Below, in pieces: positions 31,338 through 40,719 of a stretch of 64,000 nucleotides of DNA. The DNA is from Methanomethylovorans hollandica DSM 15978 (lineage in GTDB: Archaea; Halobacteriota; Methanosarcinia; Methanosarcinales; Methanosarcinaceae). The stretch is from positions 186,001 to 250,000 of the forward strand of contig NC_019972.1 in assembly GCF_000328665.1 (NCBI RefSeq), given 5' to 3'. A program made the position numbers and the translations under genes. Under the pieces are notes generated by a model. That model saw only the letters and a list, made by a program, of their open reading frames with translations, did not search any database and was not told where the DNA came from. Within the stretch, counting starts at the first letter, position 1, and every line of letters begins with the position of its first letter.

Positions 31338-31844
31338 CTATTCAAAATACAGACATTTTCTGTCCTCAAGACATTGCTCAATTTCTTCTTCGATATTTCC
31401 TTCAAGTATGATGTTTTCATTTTTTGCTTCTCTAAGTAATATGTCTACTACATCTTGTATTGTATATTCGCCAGTTTCTATTCCTACAATGTAATTGCCT
31501 GAATTAAGCCAATCGGTTACATTCCATACATCTCTGGGATCGTAGTACTGATACACAATAATATCTCTTCCGGTGTCTGGATCAGTCACTGTCATATCTT
31601 TTCTATCTGAGAAATTCACAGGAATCTCACCGAAAGCTGATTCAAACGAACCAAATTCTCCAAGTGCATATTCGGAACTATTGTTAAGTGTTCCAAGCCA
31701 GCCTTTTTTTGTTTTTTTCTCGCTCAGAGTCCATGGAACAATGGAACTGATAGCATAGGTTATATTTTTTGGATATACAGGTGCTTTTTGTCCTACATCT
31801 ATTACTTTCATCAGATAATACTTTTTATCACTGGATTGGTTCAT
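31338..31844 (-). CDS. Hypothetical protein
   Basis: 168-aa ORF with GAGG RBS. Confidence 0.55.
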   Translation of the reverse strand: MNQSSDKKYYLMKVIDVGQKAPVYPKNITYAISSIVPWTLSEKKTKKGWLGTLNNSSEYALGEFGSFESAFGEIPVNFSDRKDMTVTDPDTGRDIIVYQYYDPRDVWNVTDWLNSGNYIVGIETGEYTIQDVVDILLREAKNENIILEGNIEEEIEQCLEDRKCLYFE

Positions 31845-32024
31845 TTGTTCCTCTTTGTTTTTTTCAGCTGATACTTTTCTGATTGTATATGCAATTCAAG
31901 ATTATGAACTATCCTATATTTCATTGTTTATTTTTTGACCACACTATGTATATGCTTTTTTATATGAGTGTAGTCAAAGTAGACAATCATAAATTATTTG
32001 TATTTGATGTGGGTTATAATCTAC

Positions 32025-33995
32025 ATGATAGTTAATCCGGAGGAAATTCACAGACTAAGTCTGAGTGAAAATACAGACGATAAGTTTGCAGCTCTAGAAT
32101 TGCTCCGAGAACAATTTGAATTCTTAGCAGATAAGTCGTCTGCTTGGGAAGATTTACACCGGCTAGTAAATGATAAGAATCTACGAGTTAAAGTTAGTGC
32201 TACTTTTGTCCTTGGTTCTGTTTTTAAATATGCTCCTAATAAGTTAAAAGCATGGGATGATCTACATAGTCTCACCTTTAATGAATATTCAGATATTAGA
32301 GAGAATGTCACTTATGCCCTTGGTTCTGTTTTTCAGTATAGTCCATATCGTTCTGCTGCTTGGGATGATTTGCACAGGCTAACAAATGATGAATCCTTGT
32401 GTGTTAGAGAAAAAGCTGCTGATGTCTTTGGTCATGTTTATCCTTTCATTGCTGATAAGTATGAAGCTTTGGATGTTTTCCATAGACTAACAAATGATAG
32501 TAGTTGGATAATTCGACATCAAGTTGCTCGTTCCCTTGGGTTTACTTTTTCTTTTCTTCCTGAAGAATACATGCCAATTGTGTTAGCTGATTTACAGCGG
32601 CTAACAGATGATAGTAATCTGTATGTTAGACCATGTGCATATTACTCTCTAGGTAGAATTTGCATATATAAAGCATCAAAATCCAAAGATGAAGCTGATG
32701 CTCAGAAAATATTGGAGGATGCGATAAATTATTTTGATAATGCTGTTCTTGAGGGAAATTATATTGATATCGTGGTAGGCAATTATAACAATCCTGCTAA
32801 GTTTTGTCGTTTTTTTTATCGTTCCTTTGATGCTGTTCTGTTCAAAAAAGCAAGTTCAAGGAAAGAAATTGGATATTATATCACAGCTGCAAAAAATGAA
32901 ATTAGAGATTCGAAAAGTAAAACGAAGCTTCTTCAAGCTGTTGAACAATTGGCTGAAGTTCTTGAAACTGCACAAAAAGCAAAGAAGCTTGGTATTAGGC
33001 ATCAGGAATTATTTGAACATTGCTCAAGTATCTGCACTCATATTGATCGATTAATGGATGAAAATAAAAATAAAACACCTGCTATAAATGATTTGTACAA
33101 TATTGCTAGACCATCATTTAAGAAAAATATTAAAGTGCTCATTGATGAAGTTAAGGAAAAGATAGATATAGCTTGCAAAGAAGCAAAAGGAACTCCTGCC
33201 GAAGCTATTGTTTACCCAGTGAAGAAGGAAATCCAAGAATGGGAAGTTGAAGATCAAGAACTTATGGCAATGAATCTTGATCTTGTAGTTCTTTTTCTGA
33301 AAAGCAAGATTCCAAAGATTGCCGACAACACAGAAATTATTGATAAAATCGATCAGATCAAGAGTTACTTAAGAGTTGAGATTCAAATGGGGCTTCTTGC
33401 ATCTATAATTTCATTTCTCCCACACGTAAATATCCCAGAGCAAATAAATGAATTTAAAGAAGAAATGAATAATAGACTTGATAAAATCGAAGAATCTCAA
33501 CATCTGATGGGTTTATCATTAGAGAAAATAAATAAAAGATTAGACAACAATTACGACAAATTGCGTACTCTTTCTTTTGACTTCAAAAGGATTGATAAAG
33601 AAATTGAAAGTGATCATGTTGATACATTTGAAAAAGAAATTCGATCTCTCATTGCTGAAAGGGATTATGAAACATTAGAGTTTTTTGCTAAAAAACTCGT
33701 TGAAGATCGTCCATTGCTTTTTGAGGCAAACGATGAATCAGATGCAAGTGATGAAGAAAAAATCAATGGAGAAAAGAGTATATTTGAATTAAGGAGTCTA
33801 CCTCATAAAATAAAAGAAATAATGATATCTTCTACCACAGCTGTTTCTAAAGAAGTAGTTGTTTCATTAATTGCTAATTTAATAATTGAATATGTATTTC
33901 CGATATTAGGACCAGCTTCTTTTCAGGTTGTCAAGATACTAGTATCTGCAATAAAATCAAGAAAAAACTTAACAAATTCTACTAAAATGGCTTAG
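32025..33995 (+). CDS. HEAT-repeat protein, paralog of 21977-24085
   Basis: Same N-terminus (V..EEIHRLSLS), fewer repeats, shared SLG.ICIYKASKS, NPAKFC.FFYRSFD and GTPAE blocks; different C-terminal tail. Confidence 0.8.
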   Translation: MIVNPEEIHRLSLSENTDDKFAALELLREQFEFLADKSSAWEDLHRLVNDKNLRVKVSATFVLGSVFKYAPNKLKAWDDLHSLTFNEYSDIRENVTYALGSVFQYSPYRSAAWDDLHRLTNDESLCVREKAADVFGHVYPFIADKYEALDVFHRLTNDSSWIIRHQVARSLGFTFSFLPEEYMPIVLADLQRLTDDSNLYVRPCAYYSLGRICIYKASKSKDEADAQKILEDAINYFDNAVLEGNYIDIVVGNYNNPAKFCRFFYRSFDAVLFKKASSRKEIGYYITAAKNEIRDSKSKTKLLQAVEQLAEVLETAQKAKKLGIRHQELFEHCSSICTHIDRLMDENKNKTPAINDLYNIARPSFKKNIKVLIDEVKEKIDIACKEAKGTPAEAIVYPVKKEIQEWEVEDQELMAMNLDLVVLFLKSKIPKIADNTEIIDKIDQIKSYLRVEIQMGLLASIISFLPHVNIPEQINEFKEEMNNRLDKIEESQHLMGLSLEKINKRLDNNYDKLRTLSFDFKRIDKEIESDHVDTFEKEIRSLIAERDYETLEFFAKKLVEDRPLLFEANDESDASDEEKINGEKSIFELRSLPHKIKEIMISSTTAVSKEVVVSLIANLIIEYVFPILGPASFQVVKILVSAIKSRKNLTNSTKMA

Positions 33996-34186
33996 TTGAA
34001 TTGTATTTTGAGCCAATTAATTGATGCAATACCAAGTCTTATTCACATAGCCGGTTGCGCTTTTCTTAAAGCATAACAAAAAAAGGTCTATAGGAATTTT
34101 AAAATAAAAGCAGAGAAAGAATCCTATATTAATTACTATAGATAACGTTAATATGGTAGAGCGGAGAAAATGACTATGGTGATAGT

Positions 34187-34798
34187 GTGAGATATTGGTT
34201 ACAGGCAGAGAAAGATTTGAGTTACAGAGTAAAACAGGAGATGCATTGGAAAAACATAACAGAAGAAGAAGCAAGGAAAATATTAGAGCCGGAAATCAGG
34301 ATTAGTGCTTTTTTCCTTTACAATGCCGCAAAAAATAATCCAATAGATTACTGGCTGAAAGCAAAAGAAGAATATTACAAGCAAAACGACTTTTATCCTG
34401 ATACTGAAAATTATGCTGATACTCTGCTCCCATTTATGCCCAAAATCGCAAGACAGAAATATGCACAATTAATATTCATTAGTGATAGAGCTTATTTTGA
34501 TTGGCTAAACGATTTCAATACTTCATTTGACCAAAGTGAATATGAAAAACGAATTCTGGATAAAATCGGGTATAGAGCATCAGAGATCTTAAAGAAACAA
34601 CCATATTTATCTGTAGAAGAAGCTTTTAATTGCGCTCGTGATCAGTTTTATTATGATATCCAAAATGGAGCTGCTGAAAAGAGAAAATGGGTATCCGAAA
34701 GAGCATATCAAATCGGAGAAGATAATCCAAATAATTCGAGTGAAGAAAATTGGTATATTGCAGAGCAGGAATTTGATGATCAGTTTCTATCTGATTGA
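34187..34798 (+). CDS. Protein with tandem DUF2934-like repeats; 5' end apparently truncated
   Basis: ERAYQIGEDNPNNSSEENWYIAEQE, SAFFLY...DYWLKAKEE and YWLQAE repeats; the upstream frame reads LIW*SGENDYGDS. Confidence 0.55.
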   Translation: MRYWLQAEKDLSYRVKQEMHWKNITEEEARKILEPEIRISAFFLYNAAKNNPIDYWLKAKEEYYKQNDFYPDTENYADTLLPFMPKIARQKYAQLIFISDRAYFDWLNDFNTSFDQSEYEKRILDKIGYRASEILKKQPYLSVEEAFNCARDQFYYDIQNGAAEKRKWVSERAYQIGEDNPNNSSEENWYIAEQEFDDQFLSD

Positions 34799-34806
34799 GA
34801 AAGAAA

Positions 34807-35550
34807 CTATCCAAAAAATGAAGATGAATTCAATATGTATTCTTCTAAGGAAATGATACTGGTATGGAATTCATCTTCTGACATTGTTATTTTTGGAAGG
34901 GTGAAAGTACCTTTGATATTATGGATATCTATGAATTGTCCTCCAGTGAAGAAAGAAGGTTCTGAATTGTTTAATGTAAGACTGTCTTCAGTAGAAGGTA
35001 CAATATCGCCTATTATATCAAAGTAAAGTTCATCATGAGTTCTTATTATTTTTTCTATCAGAAAGTTATCTGATACAAGGTTTGTACCATGTTGATTTAT
35101 GTGTGTAACCAGTTCTCTAAAAGACTTGCTGAACTCGGAATCTGGTTTGAAGTGAAGTAATGCTATAGCTATTGTAATCACTGAATGATAACAAAGATTG
35201 TGACCTGAAAATCCAGGGCATTTGTGTATCAATTCTGCAGTGTGTGAATAGTCTGCGTACTCATATTGTGTACAGTAAGAAGTATTTATTGAGGATGATG
35301 AAAAGAATATTATTTGTAAAGTTGATGCATCTGGCTTGGTATCTACAGTTATATTTAGAATATTTGATTTTGATCCGGGGAGAAGGTGATATATTGCTTT
35401 TAGCAGACTCTTGCTAGGATTTGCTTGTTTAATGGTATTCCTGTTGGAATAAGTACCTGTTTTGCCTGAAGCATCGAATGCTTGTCTTAATGCAGATGTG
35501 TCTAGCTCATCGGGATATTTATTCCACGCAAGTGTGTGTTTAAAGCTCAT
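34807..35550 (-). CDS. SWIM-like zinc-finger protein
   Basis: HKCPGFSGHNLCYH (HxC-x8-CxH); start re-called at MSFKHT after a GGAGAT RBS. Confidence 0.55.
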   Translation of the reverse strand: MSFKHTLAWNKYPDELDTSALRQAFDASGKTGTYSNRNTIKQANPSKSLLKAIYHLLPGSKSNILNITVDTKPDASTLQIIFFSSSSINTSYCTQYEYADYSHTAELIHKCPGFSGHNLCYHSVITIAIALLHFKPDSEFSKSFRELVTHINQHGTNLVSDNFLIEKIIRTHDELYFDIIGDIVPSTEDSLTLNNSEPSFFTGGQFIDIHNIKGTFTLPKITMSEDEFHTSIISLEEYILNSSSFFG

Positions 35551-35560
35551 TGGGATCTCC

Positions 35561-36166
35561 TTATGATAGCATGTAGTCCAGTACAACATCATCTAGATTA
35601 CTGATTTTGCCTGTATTATTTTTTGTCTGCTTTTTTTGTGGTATTATTGGTATTTTTCGAACTGGTGTATCCGTAAGGAAGATTATATCTTCTGTTATGT
35701 TTAGCATATCTTCCGGATCAGGTACAGGAGTGAATCTATTAATAGTACTGGTTTTAATCAGTTCATTAAGTTTTTCTTCAAACCTTCCTAGCATTTCATA
35801 ATATTCATTTGGATGGTTTGGAATTAAATAAGGATTCATAAATTCCTGTGCGAAACTATCAGTTCTGTTTATGTAAATTTCGTATATCAGCAAGGAAAAG
35901 TCAATGTGCTTGCAGTTATGAGTTCCATCATATTCTGAACAGGTGTGATTGACAATTATCTTTGTTTTTCCAGAGGGAGTTATATATGCTCCTATCTGAC
36001 AGATGTGCTCATCTACATAATCAATCTGAATGCATGCCGTAAATGTTCCATTTACGTTTACAAAGATTGATGATGGAGTTGTGCATATGGTTTTTATTTC
36101 TGAAATTATGTTTCGGAATTCACTTAAACGGTTATCATTTTGGGAACTGGAAGGGATGTTTGGCAT
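35561..36166 (-). CDS. SWIM-like zinc-finger protein
   Basis: HTCSEYDGTHNCKH (HxC-x8-CxH); overlaps the end of priL. Confidence 0.55.
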   Translation of the reverse strand: MPNIPSSSQNDNRLSEFRNIISEIKTICTTPSSIFVNVNGTFTACIQIDYVDEHICQIGAYITPSGKTKIIVNHTCSEYDGTHNCKHIDFSLLIYEIYINRTDSFAQEFMNPYLIPNHPNEYYEMLGRFEEKLNELIKTSTINRFTPVPDPEDMLNITEDIIFLTDTPVRKIPIIPQKKQTKNNTGKISNLDDVVLDYMLS

Positions 36167-37470
36167 TTTGAAGAAACCTCGTTTTTTAGATTATATCTTT
36201 GTCTTAAGATATCTTTCTTATGGTAATAATTTTCAGGGAAGTCTAGTGCTTTTATCCAACACTGAGGACACATAGAGTAGCCAATACAATATTTTCCAAA
36301 TCCACGGGTTCCGTAGATATATTTTGGAGTATTGTCTGTGTCAATCAATGATTTTATTTGTTTTTCTGCTATTTCCGGGTTGTATTTTTTGTCATTAATT
36401 TGTGATTTTAGTATTTGATGGCATTCTGCTTTTGAGAAGAACCACAAGAGGGTTGAGAAAAAAGCAGTTCTTATATCATGTGGTATCTCAGAAGATTCGA
36501 TCAATTTTGCCATGCAAGGAAATTGTTTTAGTTTATGTATATCTTCTATTGTTTTGAGGGTTATTTTTGTGCTGTTCTGAATAGTTAGAGCAAAGGGATC
36601 TACTATTCTTAGTTCGGGAAATTTTCTTGAGCTTTGAGCTTTTTTGTATACTTGCATTAAGTTTCTATCATCTAATTTCAAGAGGTTGTTTTTAAATTTT
36701 TGTTCCCATACACGCTTACAGTTATATTGTTCGATTGCATCGCGTATGTCAACTATGCTAAGTGTTTTTTGAGTCAATGTATCTTTCAGGAGAATGTCTA
36801 CAGCGAATTTCAAATAGGGGTCTGCATTGTATTCATATAGTAGCCATGGTCCTTTGATATTTCCTGTTTCCAGAAGCTGATCAATAATATCCTGGAAGAT
36901 AGTTTTTATTTCATTTTTGATGCTCTGATCAATTGTTTTTTCAAAAAAAGATATCATAGTATCGAATGATAATTCAAAGTATGATGGAATTTTATCCATG
37001 TAAACATGGGGGGGAACTACAACATGGTAGTCTATTATAGCATTATCTCTTGAAAATGGAATGTTTTCGTTTATTTCTGATAATGGAATTATAAGATTAC
37101 CTTTTTCAATTGCATTTTTTCCGAATATTGCCTGGATAACCTGTTTTTTTATCGGTTTATTTTCAAGATATTCCAGAATGCTCCATGTGAATAGATTTCT
37201 GCAGTTCTTTTCGATTTGTGTCATGGATGCATTATGGAGTAACCAACCGGTGATTGAGAATAAGACATATGCATGGTCAAGTGATAAGAAATCCGTAATC
37301 GATAGGTCAGTTATATTGCCCATAAATGACATCGAGATAATCTTGTTTACAAGTGGTTTTTCGTTAAAAATATTCAAAGGTTTCAATGCACTAAACGGCT
37401 GGATGAGTTCATCACCTGTGCTTTTTTGTGCATTAAATATAGGATGAGGTTGCAATCCTGGGTTCTGCAT
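36124..37470 (-). CDS. priL: Primase large-subunit-like (PriL) protein
   Basis: C-terminal FPCM...PHDIR...KYC...C..C pattern, like the PriL Fe-S domain; overlaps priS. Confidence 0.6.
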   Translation of the reverse strand: MQNPGLQPHPIFNAQKSTGDELIQPFSALKPLNIFNEKPLVNKIISMSFMGNITDLSITDFLSLDHAYVLFSITGWLLHNASMTQIEKNCRNLFTWSILEYLENKPIKKQVIQAIFGKNAIEKGNLIIPLSEINENIPFSRDNAIIDYHVVVPPHVYMDKIPSYFELSFDTMISFFEKTIDQSIKNEIKTIFQDIIDQLLETGNIKGPWLLYEYNADPYLKFAVDILLKDTLTQKTLSIVDIRDAIEQYNCKRVWEQKFKNNLLKLDDRNLMQVYKKAQSSRKFPELRIVDPFALTIQNSTKITLKTIEDIHKLKQFPCMAKLIESSEIPHDIRTAFFSTLLWFFSKAECHQILKSQINDKKYNPEIAEKQIKSLIDTDNTPKYIYGTRGFGKYCIGYSMCPQCWIKALDFPENYYHKKDILRQRYNLKNEVSSKCQTSLPVPKMITV

Positions 37471-38293
37471 TTTCTAACACTCTATAGAATGCTTTTATTG
37501 GTTCTTCTTCGGTTATTAAGGAAACTGGTTTTGTTACTGAGGCATTTAAGCTTCCTGGATATCTAAGTACTCGATTGGCATCGTTTGTTACTGTTGGATC
37601 AAGAGGTATCTGGTATTTTTGAATAAGAGTAGTTTTTATGTATTCTCTTGATGTTGTTCCAAGGTTCCAGCTGATTGGATCAGTTACATGAATATGCGTT
37701 CCCTGTCCAGAATAAAGAATATGGATACTATTTTTATTGAATCCCCATTCTATGAGGATATTTTTAAGATCAAATGCATATTGGATTGATAATAGCAGAC
37801 AATTGAAACAATACAAGTATTGGTATGGCGGTAATGATTGTATCAGAGATATTTCTGAATCAGTAGAATTCTCATATCCGGAATGAAAAGGACATAATCC
37901 GCTTTTTGCAATATTCTTTGCATCGATATCAAATGCAAGGAGCCAACCGTGGTTCTTTATGTTATTTAGTTTGAAGTATATCCCTTTGAACTGTACATTT
38001 TCAAGTACACTTTTTATAGGGTCTTTTTCTTTTATGTTCAGGCATATTGCCTGAAGGTCTTTTATGTTACTGATTGATGTATTGGTTCTTCTCAAGAAAT
38101 CTCTTGTTCCTCTGTTTGTTGAAATTGGTCTAAGCGGAGCAAATCCGAATTCTGAAATGTTCTTAGGATTAAGGTATTCGGGATTTTTATTTGCAATTTG
38201 CGGGAAAATATGCTGATAAAAATATTTAATTTCTTTTTCAGATGAGGGATTCCATGTTGATTTAATTGTTTCTGGATTGATTTGACATGTCAT
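37433..38293 (-). CDS. priS: Archaeo-eukaryotic primase catalytic subunit (divergent, plasmid-type)
   Basis: EFGF, LAFDIDAK, YSGQGTHIHV and D..V..D.NRVLRYPGSLN motifs. Start uncertain: 38293 preferred, 38350 and 38455 possible. Confidence 0.85.
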   Translation of the reverse strand: MTCQINPETIKSTWNPSSEKEIKYFYQHIFPQIANKNPEYLNPKNISEFGFAPLRPISTNRGTRDFLRRTNTSISNIKDLQAICLNIKEKDPIKSVLENVQFKGIYFKLNNIKNHGWLLAFDIDAKNIAKSGLCPFHSGYENSTDSEISLIQSLPPYQYLYCFNCLLLSIQYAFDLKNILIEWGFNKNSIHILYSGQGTHIHVTDPISWNLGTTSREYIKTTLIQKYQIPLDPTVTNDANRVLRYPGSLNASVTKPVSLITEEEPIKAFYRVLENAEPRIATSSYI

Positions 38294-38458
38294 ATTACTC
38301 AGAAAAAGTGTGCTTTTTTTTGAAAATGGATAGGTATATATAATAACCATTTGATAGCTAATTTTATGAGATTTAGTTGGGAATTCCTTCTGAATACATT
38401 TTACAATTATCCTCATGTAAGTATGATTAATGTAAAATTTAATACCCCTCTGCAATTT

Positions 38459-39010
38459 ATGAATATATGTATTAGCGGGATATTATTATGTGAGAATATA
38501 GAACTTCAGGATAGTCCAACCTTATCCGGTACGATAGATATAGGTCAGATATCTGAATCGGGTAGCATATGTAAGATACTTGTTTCAGAATACAGTAATC
38601 ACTACCGTTCAGGGACTTATGTACATGATGAAAATGGTTTGTTATATTCATTGGACTTGAAAAAGATCTCTTTTTTCCGGAAATCTCTTAGTTCTCTGGA
38701 TGTTGAAAATATTAGAATCCTTATAGATAGAACAATGTATGAATATGATTCATGTGAAAGATTAATGCTCTGTCTGGCTACACATGTTGTTCATAATATG
38801 CATCTTGAATCAGAGGGTGGGCAGATAAAAGAGTTTTTCTTTAATGAGGTTCTTGATGAAATTCGGCTTGATAATGAGATGAATTCCCGAAATGAACTTG
38901 AAGAAAAGATTCTAAAAGCTCGGCCATTGCTTTCGGAAAATGTTGTTCAGGACTTGATTGATTATATTATTTCAATAGGTGCTTTTGTGCCTATAGATCC
39001 TGTAATTTGA
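38459..39010 (+). CDS. Hypothetical protein
   Basis: Open frame divergent from priS; start uncertain. Confidence 0.5.
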   Translation: MNICISGILLCENIELQDSPTLSGTIDIGQISESGSICKILVSEYSNHYRSGTYVHDENGLLYSLDLKKISFFRKSLSSLDVENIRILIDRTMYEYDSCERLMLCLATHVVHNMHLESEGGQIKEFFFNEVLDEIRLDNEMNSRNELEEKILKARPLLSENVVQDLIDYIISIGAFVPIDPVI

Positions 39011-39012
39011 TT

Positions 39013-40629
39013 TCAGGACAGGCTCATTATATTGCTAATAACCAGATCTGAATAGTTTTGGTCTGTTGGAATAGAATAAGCTTTTGTGATTACTGGTTTT
39101 ATAGCTTTTTTAAATTCACTTGTAAATTCCTTCCCTATGCAATAAAGAAAGATATTATTTTTATTGTTCTTGATCTCAGATAATAGTCTGTATGTTTCTT
39201 TCTGAATAAGTGAATTGTTGGATTCATCTGTTAGAATGAAGATAGCATTTCCTGATCCTAGTTTACTGATATATTTAATCGTAGAATGTATATTTGTTCC
39301 ATATCCGGTTGCTTCCATTTTTGACATTATCTCTTCGTTTTGATAATAATCTCTGCTTTTTGCTATGTGCAGAGTAATGCTATCATTAAATTCAATCAAT
39401 GAAACAGGCCATTCTTTTCTTTTTGATGCTGCATTTATAGCTATGATAGCATCGATCATCCTTTCTGTTGGTACTCCTGACATACTGCCACTTGTATCAG
39501 CAACTATTACAATATGGGGTTTGTTCTTCAGTGATGATTGTTTAGGTACCTTAATTTCTGATATTCTCTTAGTAGTTATATCAGGAATTAGTATCCCAAA
39601 TGTGTTTAGTGTTCCTATCAAATCGAGTTCCTGGAATGAATGATTCGAATTCCATGTTCCTGTAGATTTTAGTTGTTTTTGATAATTAGATTGTGATGCC
39701 GATATTAGAGGTAGAGCTATTTTTTTAGCTCTTCTTTTACGGAACTCTTGTTTTAGATCTTTACCGAGATTTTTATTGGGATTTAAGTCATCGTATATAT
39801 CTGATAATTTATCTGCTACTTTTTCTATGTCTTCCTTTGTCAGTTTTCTTTCAAGTGGTAGTGATGGATTAAGGATTTTTTTATTATTTTTACCGTTTCC
39901 ATTTTGAGTATTATTGCCATGTTCTTTGTTTTCAGAGTCCGTTTCTTGTTCATCTAACCCGGATGACTGTTCTTCATTCCCTCTTGGTGTTGATTTTGGA
40001 ATTGATGAATCGTACCAGTTTTTGAATATCCTAGCAAGTTCAATGAGTCTTTTTTCAAATGCCCTTTGATCAGTGTATAACAGATCAAATATATTTTGTT
40101 CTGTAATTCCTAATTGGTAGCTATGTCCGTAATAATCGTATACCATAGCAACATTCAGGTTTTGAAAAATAGTATCGGGGGAAATGTCTTCATCTGAGAA
40201 TTTCCATGGCCTTAATTCCTCAAGTCCATAAATATACGTATCTTGCCATTCCATTTCCAGAAGGTTTATGCGATCAATTAGTAGATCGTATATTATATTC
40301 AAGAATTCAGGAACATGTTTTTTTTCAATTCCTTCGTTTTTTGAAATTGCAATATGTAGTTCTTGTTCTACAGTTGTTCCTGGGAAAAGAGTACGATGAG
40401 ATGTTTCATGAGCAAGAACAGTTTTGATAGTATTCTGACTAAAGTTCTGTACTAATCCATTTGAAAGATAGATTATGGAATAGCCCTGACAAGCAATAGT
40501 ATCTCCAATATCAGCAATTTCACAGTTTATATGAGGGAGTTTGTAGTGATCCAGTACATATCTTAAAAATAAATTATACTCTGGCAGGAGGGTTGTTCTT
40601 ACTGGAGTAGATGAATTATTATGAGACAT
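39013..40629 (-). CDS. Metallopeptidase-like (HExxH) plus vWA domain protein
   Basis: VLAHETSH, NIIYDLLID, acidic/Asn linker, MIDAS DTSGSM, GTN and ILTD. Confidence 0.85.
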   Translation of the reverse strand: MSHNNSSTPVRTTLLPEYNLFLRYVLDHYKLPHINCEIADIGDTIACQGYSIIYLSNGLVQNFSQNTIKTVLAHETSHRTLFPGTTVEQELHIAISKNEGIEKKHVPEFLNIIYDLLIDRINLLEMEWQDTYIYGLEELRPWKFSDEDISPDTIFQNLNVAMVYDYYGHSYQLGITEQNIFDLLYTDQRAFEKRLIELARIFKNWYDSSIPKSTPRGNEEQSSGLDEQETDSENKEHGNNTQNGNGKNNKKILNPSLPLERKLTKEDIEKVADKLSDIYDDLNPNKNLGKDLKQEFRKRRAKKIALPLISASQSNYQKQLKSTGTWNSNHSFQELDLIGTLNTFGILIPDITTKRISEIKVPKQSSLKNKPHIVIVADTSGSMSGVPTERMIDAIIAINAASKRKEWPVSLIEFNDSITLHIAKSRDYYQNEEIMSKMEATGYGTNIHSTIKYISKLGSGNAIFILTDESNNSLIQKETYRLLSEIKNNKNNIFLYCIGKEFTSEFKKAIKPVITKAYSIPTDQNYSDLVISNIMSLS

Positions 40630-40719
40630 ATTAGGAGATCCTATTTGTGGTGCTTTTGTTAGTTCTCAATACGGGGTGCAAGTCAGAAAGATTCTGTTGC
40701 TGAAGCAGTCAGTTTTACA

